Assembly (NCBI GenBank): GCA_965116475.1
Contig: OZ220691.1
Location: 2,048,001 to 2,112,000, forward strand
From: Gemmatimonadota bacterium
Lineage (GTDB): Bacteria > Gemmatimonadota > Gemmatimonadetes > Palauibacterales > Palauibacteraceae
DNA: 64,000 nucleotides
Direction: 5' to 3'
The notes beneath the pieces are model-generated. The model did no database searches, was not told the origin of the DNA, and saw only the letters and a program-made list of their open reading frames with translations. Shown in pieces: positions 50,453 through 61,458 of the stretch (the stretch's first letter is position 1; each line of letters starts with the position of its first letter). Both the position numbers and the translations under genes were made by a program.

Positions 50453-51389
50453 GAACGAAAGAGAGCACCATGAATCACGCTGCCGCGACGGTCGCCGCCG
50501 TCCTCATATCGGTCTGCCCGGCTTCCGTCGCGCAGGCCCTGGCCCAGGAGACCCCTGCGCCGGCCCCCGGACAGCCTGTGACCCTGGTCACCGGGGCCAC
50601 CTCCGGCCTCGGCCGCGAACTCGCCCTGCGGCTGGGCGCGCGGGGCGATCACGTCATCGTCCACGGGCGCAACGAGGAGCGGGGAGCGGCAGTCGTCGCC
50701 GCCATCAACGCGGCGGGACCCGGGAGCGCGCGCTTCTACCGTGCCGACTTCGCGTCGCTGGGCGAAGTGCGGCAGTTCGCCGAGACGCTGCTGGCCGACT
50801 ACGACCGGATGGACATCCTGATCAACAACGCGGGCTTCGGGTCGGCGCCGGACGAGCGCTGGGTCACGGAGGACGGGCACGAGTACCGCTTCCAGGTGAA
50901 CTACCTCTCCACCTTCCTGCTCACACACATGCTGATGCCGCGCCTGCTCGACAGCACGCCGTCGCGCATCGTGAACGTGTCGTCGGGCGCGCAGGCGCCG
51001 ATCGACTTCGACGACGTGATGATCGAGAACGACTTCAGCGGGCGCCGCGCCTACGCGCAGAGCAAGCTCGCGCAGATCATGTTCACGCACGACCTGGCCG
51101 AGGAGCTGGCCGGCACGGCATCGTGGTCGGCTCACTCCACCCGGCGACCTACATGCCGACCGAGATGGTGCGGCGGCTGGGGGCGACGCCGCGCGCCACG
51201 ATCGCCGAGGGGGCCGACGCCGTCATGCAGGTCGTCGATTCCGACGATTTCGAGAGCGGGCAGTACTTCAGCGGACTCACTCCGACCCGCGCGAACGCCC
51301 AGGCCTACGACCCGGACGCGCGTGCCCGCCTCCGGGAGTTGAGTGAGGAACTGACCGGTCTCACCTGCAGCATGGGCCGCTGCCGATAG
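50449..51389 (+). CDS. SDR family oxidoreductase with signal peptide; frameshifted near 51117
   Basis: TGATSGLG, NNAG, NVSS, YAQSK. The C-terminal HPATYMPT continues in the -1 frame; one extra G in ACGGCATC restores the frame. Confidence 0.8.
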
Positions 51390-51414
51390 CCTGACAGTTC
51401 GCCAGGGCTCGGCT

Positions 51415-52101
51415 TTAGGGCTGCTCCAGGGCTTCGAGCGCGGCCAGGATGTCCGCGTGCTCGGGGCGGACGCGGTAGTCCACTTCCGTGAAGCTCCAGC
51501 GCACCGTGCCGTCCCTGTCGATCACGTAGGTCGTGGGGTGCGGGATCCGGCGTCCGCGCCCGTCCTCCTCGTTCAGGAGGCCGTAGCGGTACGTGATCGC
51601 CGAGCCGTCATCGGACAGCAGCGGGAAGTCGAGGGCGTAGTCGTAGTCCTCGAGGACGCGGTCCACCATGAGTCCGATGTCCTCGGGGCTGTCCGGGGCG
51701 ATCGCCAGGAGCTGGGTCCGTTCGCGCTGTTCGGGCGTCATGAAGTCTCGCAGCTCTCCGAGCTGCTTTGCGCAGTACGGTCACCAGTGGCCGCGGTAGA
51801 AGAACAGGATGACGTCCTTCTCTCCGCGGTAATCCGAAAGCGTGATCGGCTCGCCCGTACTCGAGAGGGCGGTGAAGTCGGGCGCGGGGCTGCCGGCGAG
51901 CACGCGCTCGAGGTCTGCCGGGGGCAGGTCATGCCCGTCCACGGGGCCGAGCACCATCGGAGCCGCCTCCTCGGCCGCCGCGGCGACGTCGGGTTCTTCG
52001 GTGTCGTCGGTGTTTCCCCGGGGTGCGCAGGCGGTCGACCCCACGGCCAACGCAAGTCCCGCCGCCCAAAATCGGACGTAACGCGCGTCCATCATCCGCA
52101 T
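51415..52101 (-). CDS. Peroxiredoxin-like (AhpC/TSA) lipoprotein, probable selenoprotein (UxxC)
   Basis: ORFs 52101-51781 and 51741-51415 are in the same frame. Reading through gives APDF...LSDYRG...FFYRGHW-U-PYCAKQL...FPLLSD...PTTYVIDRDG. Lipobox STAC. Confidence 0.85.
51750..51766 (-). promoter_or_regulatory. Candidate bacterial SECIS hairpin
   Basis: GCAGCTC-GGA-GAGCTGC begins 14 nt after the in-frame UGA; the loop starts with G. Confidence 0.6.
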
Positions 52102-52282
52102 CTTCCAGTCTCCCTTTTTCTTTCGTGTGCGCCCGCGAACGCCGCTGCCGTCCGCCGACCCGGCAACCCTATCGTACCGGGGGCGCGCGCGACAGCAGCG
52201 GCGGCCGTGAGCGGATGCCGGCCTGGCCCAGAGGTCGGCGAGGGGGTCCGGCGCGTCTTGCGTGCATCATCGGCGGTTCGGA

Positions 52283-52338
52283 CTATGCCACCGTAGCCAT
52301 GCCACGGTAGCCATGCCACGGCAGCTATGCCACGGTAG
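52283..52338. repeat. 14-bp tandem repeat (C[C/T]ATGCCACGGTAG) x4 in a divergent intergenic region
   Basis: Read directly. Confidence 0.9.
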
Positions 52339-52386
52339 TCCGGATCCCGGTTTACGCGACCTCGGTCATCAGCTGGAGCCCGTACA

Positions 52387-54871
<2,485 letters not shown>

Positions 54872-54875
<4 letters not shown>

Positions 54876-55666
54876 GCGCCGCCGCGGAGGTCCCGCTCCT
54901 GGTCGAGGCGGAGGGTCCCGTCCGGATCCTCCGCCTCAACCGTCCCCACCGTCTCAACGCCGTAAGCCTCCCCATGTACGAGGCGCTGGAGGCCGAACTC
55001 GCGCGCATCGGAGCGGACTTCGAGACGCGCGTCGTCATCGTGACGGGGACGGGACGGGGGTTCTGCTCCGGGGCCGACCTCAAGGCGCATCGCGACCACG
55101 AGGCGTCGCGGGCGGAGCGCCACGCCTACATCGAGACGAGCCAACGCGTGTTCCGCGCGCTCCAGACGCTGCCGCAGCCGGTCGTCGCGGCCGTGAACGG
55201 ACACGCGATCGGGGCGGGCTGCGAACTCGCCCTCTCGTGCGATTTCGTCATCGTGGCGGAGGAGGCGAAGCTCCGCATGCCGGAGGTCGCGCTGGGGACC
55301 TTCATCGGCGGCGGCACGGCCTACACGCTGCGCCGGCGCGTCGGACACGCGCGCGCCGCCGAACTGATCCTGCTCGGCCGCTACTTCACCCCGGAGGAGG
55401 CCGGCGCATGGGGACTGGCGAACCAGGTGCTCCCGGCGAAAGAGGTCCTCCCCGCCGCGCTCGACCTGGCCGGACAACTGGCGCGCAACGCCCCGATCTC
55501 CATGCGCCTCGCCAAGCAACTCCTCGACCGGGCGGAATCCATCGACCCGGAGGAAGCGCTGCGCCTGGAGGCCGAGGCGCTCTTCACCTGCATGGCCTCC
55601 GACGACTGGCGAGAGGGCCTCGAAGCCTTCGCCGAGAAACGCGCCCCCGCCTACCGCGGCAGGTAG
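54872..55666 (+). CDS. Enoyl-CoA hydratase/isomerase (crotonase) family
   Basis: LNRP..LNA, FCSGADL, AVNGHAIGAGCE, MPEV, EGLEAF.EKR.P. Probable CTG start overlapping the upstream TGA. Confidence 0.88.
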
Positions 55667-55679
55667 CCGTCACGCCCGG

Positions 55680-55697
55680 GACGTTCCCGCGGGAACG
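55680..55697. repeat. Second copy of palindromic core GACGTTCCCGCGGGAACG
   Basis: Identical to 25625-25642; lies 13 nt after the crotonase stop. Confidence 0.85.
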
Positions 55698-55792
55698 CCC
55701 GGAGGTCCGTCCACCCGCCATTGCCCGCCGACGGATTCGCGCCGCACGTTTCACGGACGTGTTGACGCAGTCCGCGCCAGGCAGAGGAGGAT

Positions 55793-57196
55793 ATGATGGA
55801 TTCCGCCCGCCGCTCCGCCCGACTCACCGGGGTTCTCCCGGTCGCGATCTTCGCCGCGCTCCTCGGGGTCCCGCCCGCCGCCGCCCAGGAAGGGACGATC
55901 GCGCTGGTGGGAGGCCAGTTGCTGGACGGATACGAGGTGCCCCCGATCCATCACGCGGCCGTCGTCATCGAGGGGAACCGGATCGTCGCGGTGGGGCCCG
56001 CGGCCGAGATCGAGATCCCGCCGGACGCGGAGGTCATCGACACCCGGGGCAAGACGATGATGCCCGGGATGGTCGATGCGCACGTACACATCATGATTCT
56101 CGGCCACGGCGACTACAGCCAGTGGTTCCCGTGGTTCGAGGGGAACGACGACCTCGTGTACGAGACGTCCGCCAGGCAGTTGCTCGCGGCGGGCGTGACC
56201 GCGGGGGTCGACCTCGCGGCGCCGATGTCGAGCCTCGCCTTCCGCGACCGGGTCAACCGCAACGAGGTGCCGGGTCCGCGCCTCCTCGTGAGCGGACCCT
56301 GGGTCACGCGTTACGCCTGGGACTTCCTTCCCGACGAACTTCGCGTCCTGCACCGCACGCCAGAGGAGGCGGCGGAGCGGACGCGGATGCTGATCAACGC
56401 GGGGGTCGACGTCATCAAGACGTGGATCGGCACGACCGAGGAGGACATGCGGGCGATCAAGGCCGTGGCCGGTCCGGCGGGCGTCCCCATCCACTGCCAT
56501 GTCTACGAGGAGGAGGTCGTGTGGGGGGCGATCCGCGGCGGTTGCGACGTCCTCCAGCACGCGGGTTCCGGCGGCAGCGTCCCCGCCTACTCGCAGGAAC
56601 TCGTCGACCACATCGCGATGGAGGGGATCCCGGTCGTACAGACGATTTCGCACCGGATCTGGATCTATCCGGCCACGCTCGAGTTCCCGGAGCGGCTGTG
56701 GGACCCGGACATCATCAACAGCTTCCCCGAGCCGATCCGGGAGCAGGTGCTGAACTCCTACACGAAGGACGACTTCTGGCGGAAACCCTACTTCCGCAGC
56801 ACGCCGCGGCAGATCCGCAACAGCGAGCGGGCGTCGCGCCAGTTCATCGATGCGGACGCCCTCATGGCGATGGGCACGGACACCGGCTCCCCCCTCAACT
56901 TCCACGCGGAGTCCGCCTGGCGTGAGGTGTCGGCCCTCGTCGACATGGGAATGACGGAGATCGAGGCGATTTCGTCGGCCACCAAGGTCGCGGCGGAGGT
57001 GCTCGGGCTCCGCGAGACGGGGACCATCGAGCCGGGCAAGCTCGCGGATATCATCGTCGTGGACGGCAATCCGCTGTTCGACATCAACGTGCTCGGCTAC
57101 GTGACCGACGTGGTCAAGGACGGGATCATCTACAAGCGTGACGGCGTCCCGGTGTGGGAGATGGAGCGGGCGCAGACCAGCACGAGCGGGCGCTGA
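55793..57196 (+). CDS. Exported metal-dependent amidohydrolase (prolidase/imidazolonepropionase-like)
   Basis: Signal ending AAA-Q; PGMVDAHVH, GVDVIK, GTDTG, GTIEPGKLADIIVVDGNP. Confidence 0.87.
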   Translation: MMDSARRSARLTGVLPVAIFAALLGVPPAAAQEGTIALVGGQLLDGYEVPPIHHAAVVIEGNRIVAVGPAAEIEIPPDAEVIDTRGKTMMPGMVDAHVHIMILGHGDYSQWFPWFEGNDDLVYETSARQLLAAGVTAGVDLAAPMSSLAFRDRVNRNEVPGPRLLVSGPWVTRYAWDFLPDELRVLHRTPEEAAERTRMLINAGVDVIKTWIGTTEEDMRAIKAVAGPAGVPIHCHVYEEEVVWGAIRGGCDVLQHAGSGGSVPAYSQELVDHIAMEGIPVVQTISHRIWIYPATLEFPERLWDPDIINSFPEPIREQVLNSYTKDDFWRKPYFRSTPRQIRNSERASRQFIDADALMAMGTDTGSPLNFHAESAWREVSALVDMGMTEIEAISSATKVAAEVLGLRETGTIEPGKLADIIVVDGNPLFDINVLGYVTDVVKDGIIYKRDGVPVWEMERAQTSTSGR

Positions 57197-58836
57197 TGCG
57201 CCGGATCCCGGCCGCGTTGGTCATCGCCGCGTTCGGCGCATGCGGCGCGCCGCCCGGATCGACCGGAGATGCCGCCTCCGCCCGCGCGGGGGACACCGCC
57301 TTCGATCTGGTCATCGTCGGCGGCACCGTCGTCGACGGGACGGGGGCCGACCGCTTCACCGCCGACGTGGGCATCCGCGACGGCCGCGTGGTGGAGGTCG
57401 CACGCGACGGCGGGCTCTCGGGGCAGGGGGCCGAGGAGATCGACGCCGCCGGGCTCATCGTCTCCCCGGGGTTCGTCGACCACCACAACCACGTCCAGAA
57501 CCAGGTCCACCGGCGGCCGCTGGCCGAGAACTTCATCCGCCAGGGGATCACGACGATCCTCCCCTCCCTGCACAGCGGCGACCAGCCGTACCCCCTGCGC
57601 GACTACATCGACGACCTCGAGGTCGCGCCCAACATCGGCTTCTTCGCGGGCCACACCTGGACCCGCGAGCAGGTGCTCGGCATGGAGGACCGGGCGCCGA
57701 CGCCGGAGGAACTCGACGAGATGCGCGACCTCGTGCGCGAGGCGATGGAGGACGGCGCGCTCGGGCTCGCGACCGGACTCCTCTACGTCCCGGCGAACTA
57801 CGCCGAGACCGAGGAGGTCATCGAACTGGCGAAGGTCGCGGCCGAATACGGCGGCATCTACTACACGCACATGCGGGACGAGGCGCGCGGTCTCCTGCCG
57901 GCCGTGCGCGAGGCGATCCGCATCGGCGCCGAGGGCGGACTTCCCGTCCACATCAACCACTTCAAGGCGATGGGAGTGGACAACTGGGGCAAGACCGTCG
58001 AATCCCTCGCGCTCGTGGACTCCGCGCGCGCCGAGGGGATCGACGTCAAGGTCGACCTCTACCCGTACATGGCGGGCAGCACGGGCTCCAGCGTGCTCTT
58101 CCCGCAGTGGGTGCTGGCCGGCGGCATCGATTCCTTCCGGGTGCGGGTGACCGACCCCGAGACCAGGGCGCGGGTGGAGCGGGAGACGGAGGAGTGGATG
58201 AACCGGGACTGGACGGGCGGGGACCTGTCACGCATCCAGTTCCGGACGCTCCGCGCCTACCCGGCATACAACGGGAGGCGGATGTCGGACCTCGCCGCGG
58301 ACCGGGGGCTCCCGAACAACGACGCCACCGGCGTCCAACTCGCGATCGAACTCCAGTTGGCGGGCGGGTTCAGCGCCATCTACCACTTCATGGACGAGGC
58401 GGACGTCATCCGCATCATGCGGCACCCGCAGGCGATGTTCGAGACGGACGGGGATCCGGTCGGCTACGGGCTCGGCTTCCCGCATCCGCGGAGCTACGGC
58501 ACCTTCCCGCGCATCCTCGGCCGCTACGTGCGCGAGATGGGTGTGCTCACGCTGGAGGAGGCGATCCGGAAGATGACCTCGCTGTCGACGGATGAAATCG
58601 GCCAGTCCGAGCGTGGCCGGATCGCGCCCGGCATGTGGGCGGACATCGCCGTCTTCGACGCCGACCGCATCATCGACCGGGCCGACTACGTGGACCCGCA
58701 CCGCTACTCCGTCGGCATCCACCACGTGATCGTGAACGGCGTTCCCGTCATCCTCGATGGCTCGGTCACCGGGGCGAAGCCGGGCCACGTGCTGAAGGGC
58801 CCCGCCCGCCACCTCACCGAAACCCGCGGCGGCTAG
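57196..58836 (+). CDS. N-acyl-D-amino-acid deacylase family lipoprotein
   Basis: Lipobox FGAC; PGFVDHHNH, THMRDE, INHFK, YPY.AGST, HPRSYGTFPR. Confidence 0.9.
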   Translation: MRRIPAALVIAAFGACGAPPGSTGDAASARAGDTAFDLVIVGGTVVDGTGADRFTADVGIRDGRVVEVARDGGLSGQGAEEIDAAGLIVSPGFVDHHNHVQNQVHRRPLAENFIRQGITTILPSLHSGDQPYPLRDYIDDLEVAPNIGFFAGHTWTREQVLGMEDRAPTPEELDEMRDLVREAMEDGALGLATGLLYVPANYAETEEVIELAKVAAEYGGIYYTHMRDEARGLLPAVREAIRIGAEGGLPVHINHFKAMGVDNWGKTVESLALVDSARAEGIDVKVDLYPYMAGSTGSSVLFPQWVLAGGIDSFRVRVTDPETRARVERETEEWMNRDWTGGDLSRIQFRTLRAYPAYNGRRMSDLAADRGLPNNDATGVQLAIELQLAGGFSAIYHFMDEADVIRIMRHPQAMFETDGDPVGYGLGFPHPRSYGTFPRILGRYVREMGVLTLEEAIRKMTSLSTDEIGQSERGRIAPGMWADIAVFDADRIIDRADYVDPHRYSVGIHHVIVNGVPVILDGSVTGAKPGHVLKGPARHLTETRGG

Positions 58837-58854
58837 CGCGCCGGGAAGCGGCGG

Positions 58855-59370
58855 CTAGCCGGCGGGGTCGGCCTCCGGGTCGCCCGTCCTCTGGCCCAGC
58901 TCCGTCTCGAGCATGAGCAGGGCGGACTTGTCGTCGCCCCCGAGCCGCAGCCGGTCGACGATGTCGGAGATCGTCTTCTCCTCTTCCACCTGCTCGTTGA
59001 CGAACCACTGCAGCATGACCTGGGCCGGATAGTCCGCCTCGTCCATCGCGAGGCGGTAGAGGTCGCCGATCATCCCGGACACCTTCCGCTCGTGCCCGAG
59101 CGCCTCTTCGAACACCTCCCGCGGCGTGCCGAACTCCGCGGGCGGGGCCGCGATCGCCCCGAGGGAAACCTGTCCCTCGCGGTCGTGCACGAAGTCGAAG
59201 ATGCGGAGCGCGTGCTCCCGCTCCTCCTCGGCCTGGGCGCGCATCCAGTGCGCGAAGCCCGGCAGGCCCTCGCCCTCGAAGTGCGCGCACATCGACAGGT
59301 AAACCTGGCTCGCGTACAGCTCCTGCGTGATCTGCTCGTTGAGCGCCGCCTGCATCCGGGTGCCGATCAT
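58855..59370 (-). CDS. ftnA: Non-heme ferritin
   Basis: LNEQI..ELYAS..Y, GFA.W...Q.EEE.EHA, E...HE, LQWFV.EQVEEE ferroxidase residues. Confidence 0.9.
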   Translation of the reverse strand: MIGTRMQAALNEQITQELYASQVYLSMCAHFEGEGLPGFAHWMRAQAEEEREHALRIFDFVHDREGQVSLGAIAAPPAEFGTPREVFEEALGHERKVSGMIGDLYRLAMDEADYPAQVMLQWFVNEQVEEEKTISDIVDRLRLGGDDKSALLMLETELGQRTGDPEADPAG

Positions 59371-59615
59371 CTCGTCCGCCCGCTCCTCTCGTCTCGTCGG
59401 GGTTCGCGCGCGGCGGCGGAGATATGCGCCTCGCCCGCGCCGGTCCGAATCTCGTTTCCCGCGTGCCGGACCGCCAGCGACCGACGCCGGTCCCGGGGTG
59501 GAGGCGCGACAGATTGCTCGGCATTCCGAGCAGAATGACGCAGGATGCTGAGTAAACGGAGGCGACGATGGCGTGAGTCGACTACGAACGGGTCACGGGC
59601 TCGTAGGCGTATCGT

Positions 59616-60713
59616 TCACCGCCCGCCCGCGACGGTCGAGATGTCGTACCAGTCCACGCGGCGTTCCTGTACTACGCCGCCGCCATCCCGTACAACGAGG
59701 ACCGCGAGCGTGTCCCCGAGGACGTCCATCCCCACGACCTTGTCCGCCACCTGAAGCGCCAGCGCGTACTGAGGCCCAGCGTCCGTGAGGCGAAACAAGT
59801 CAATGTGGCTGAGCGATGGAGTTACGTCGGCCCCTGCGTCCCAATGGGACACCGCCCAAAACCGCCGCTGGTCGTCCAGAACCTTCGGCCCGTACCACGC
59901 CTTCGGCCTGGACCGAATCTGCCCCTCATCAGGAGCCCAAGGCGCCGAGCGCAGCGTCCCGAGCGTTGACGCCACATCCTCCTCGGTCGGGTATCGCTCG
60001 ACATACGTGGGAGACCGCACGATCGCGGCGGGCTCCTCCGCGTCCCGGTCCGCGTACCAGACCAGGAACTCGCCGTGGCAGGTCACGAACAGGAGGTCGC
60101 CGCTTCCATCTCCGTAGCCGAGCAGCAGCCGGGTGATCCTCCACAAAGGTGTCGAGCAACTCGCCACGTCCGCTTCGTACGGGAACGCCCGCGCCCATTC
60201 CACGCGGCCCGTCGCCACATCGATCTCCGCCTGCACGGCTGGCCGGTCGCTGTTTGAGTCCGACCTCCGGTACCAACCGGACACGGTCCCGTCCATCAGC
60301 TGGCGGCTGCGAAGGAAAAACTGCCCCGGAAACTCTCCCGTGGAAGCGAGGAACTCTCCCGACGCGGAGAACATGGACAGGCGGTCAAATCTCGAATCGA
60401 ATACCCCGATCGTATCCGATGCACCGCGAAGCAGGTGGGTCGGGAACGCGAACTCGCCCGGTCCTTCGCCCTCGGAGCCGAACTCGATGGACTCGCCGCC
60501 GGGATCGATGCAGTTCACGCGATGCTGGTACGAATCGATGACGCATGCCGCGCCGCTGGCCAGGAGAGCGATCTCATTCGTTGCGCTGAGGGGTGACGGC
60601 TCGGAAGCGAGCAGATCGAACTGGACGGGCGACAATGCGACATCGGCCGGCCCGCCGCACGCCGCCGCGAGCAACGTAGTGACGAGCGCGGCCCGACGAC
60701 GAGGACAGAGCAC
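59616..60713 (-). CDS. Beta-propeller-type lipoprotein
   Basis: Lipobox LAAAC, GEGPGEF, C-terminal VDWYDI. GTG start overlaps the stop of the upstream peptide gene. Confidence 0.78.
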   Translation of the reverse strand: MLCPRRRAALVTTLLAAACGGPADVALSPVQFDLLASEPSPLSATNEIALLASGAACVIDSYQHRVNCIDPGGESIEFGSEGEGPGEFAFPTHLLRGASDTIGVFDSRFDRLSMFSASGEFLASTGEFPGQFFLRSRQLMDGTVSGWYRRSDSNSDRPAVQAEIDVATGRVEWARAFPYEADVASCSTPLWRITRLLLGYGDGSGDLLFVTCHGEFLVWYADRDAEEPAAIVRSPTYVERYPTEEDVASTLGTLRSAPWAPDEGQIRSRPKAWYGPKVLDDQRRFWAVSHWDAGADVTPSLSHIDLFRLTDAGPQYALALQVADKVVGMDVLGDTLAVLVVRDGGGVVQERRVDWYDISTVAGGR

Positions 60714-60967
60714 TAATAAGGTCCCTCGCAGAAGTACATGCAGTCGTTGAAGTGCGTTTCTGCCGCAGCCGAGGCATCTGCTTCTGAACGGTCATTATCG
60801 AGCCAGTCATTGTAGGTCCGGGAAGCCGCGAGACTGCACGCGTTCCAACAGGAGTTCATGTTGATCGTGACGACCACCTCCTGAGCGGCCACGGGAACCG
60901 TGCACAGCACAACAGCGAGCAGGGCGACTCGACGGAACCGCGCGTGGAAGGGGTTGAAACGGGACAT
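60713..60967 (-). CDS. Small secreted Cys-rich peptide (twin CX3C), unknown function
   Basis: GGGAGG RBS plus ATG at 60967. 84 aa with signal peptide ending VAA|QE; mature part has CWNAC...CMYFC. Confidence 0.75.
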   Translation of the reverse strand: MSRFNPFHARFRRVALLAVVLCTVPVAAQEVVVTINMNSCWNACSLAASRTYNDWLDNDRSEADASAAAETHFNDCMYFCEGPY

Positions 60968-61160
60968 TTGCGCCTCCCGGGTTTGAGGGGTTCTGGATAT
61001 GACCCCATATCCTGGACACCCCACCTTTGTGACGTCTGACCGTCGACTTCAGCTTGAAGCTCCCAATCGTTCGGCGGCAGCGGTGATCCATGCGCCCAAC
61101 ACGCCAACTCCAAGCGTAACGCTGTTAGTAAGTTAGGGGTTCCACGACAGGCCGATAGGG

Positions 61161-61215
61161 CCGAAATCGATGAGTTTCTTGCCGAAATCGATGAATCTTG
61201 TACCGAAATCGATGA
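61161..61215. repeat. Three 13-bp direct repeats CCGAAATCGATGA at 21-bp period
   Basis: Exact copies at 61161, 61182 and 61203 with differing 8-nt spacers. Confidence 0.92.
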
Positions 61216-61458
61216 CACGAAGGAGTGACGTCATCCGGTGGCGAAGGATCACTGATCCGTCGGCGGCTGGGCACCCGGTGGCGAACCCCAATGAGGCCTC
61301 AAACGGCCCGTGCGCTCCGCCGCCCGGTGATCTGGAGAGATCGGCGGACCAGCCTCACGCTTTGCCACGGGCTGCCGGGCACGGCTATCGTTGCGGCTCG
61401 CATTCCGAAGCCAAAATTCCGCCGCCGCGCCCAGCGCGAGCAGCCGTCGAAGATATCC

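Noticed and set aside
51781..51783. UGA read-through as evidence of an alternative genetic code
   Set aside because: Many clear genes here (folE2, carB, glyQS, argH) end in TGA, so recoding must be site-specific.
52283..52338. 14-bp repeats as CRISPR or insertion-sequence ends
   Set aside because: Head-to-tail with no spacers; no transposase or terminal inverted repeats.
61161..61215. Repeats with variable spacers as a mini CRISPR array
   Set aside because: 13-bp repeats and 8-nt spacers are far too short, and no cas genes are present.
61225..61458. N-terminal extension or T-box leader for glyQS
   Set aside because: Homology starts at MTDN/MDKL; no T-box consensus or terminator/antiterminator seen.
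59371..61458. Lower-GC segment as a defined mobile element
   Set aside because: No integrase, transposase, tRNA target or flanking direct repeats found; only the composition differs.
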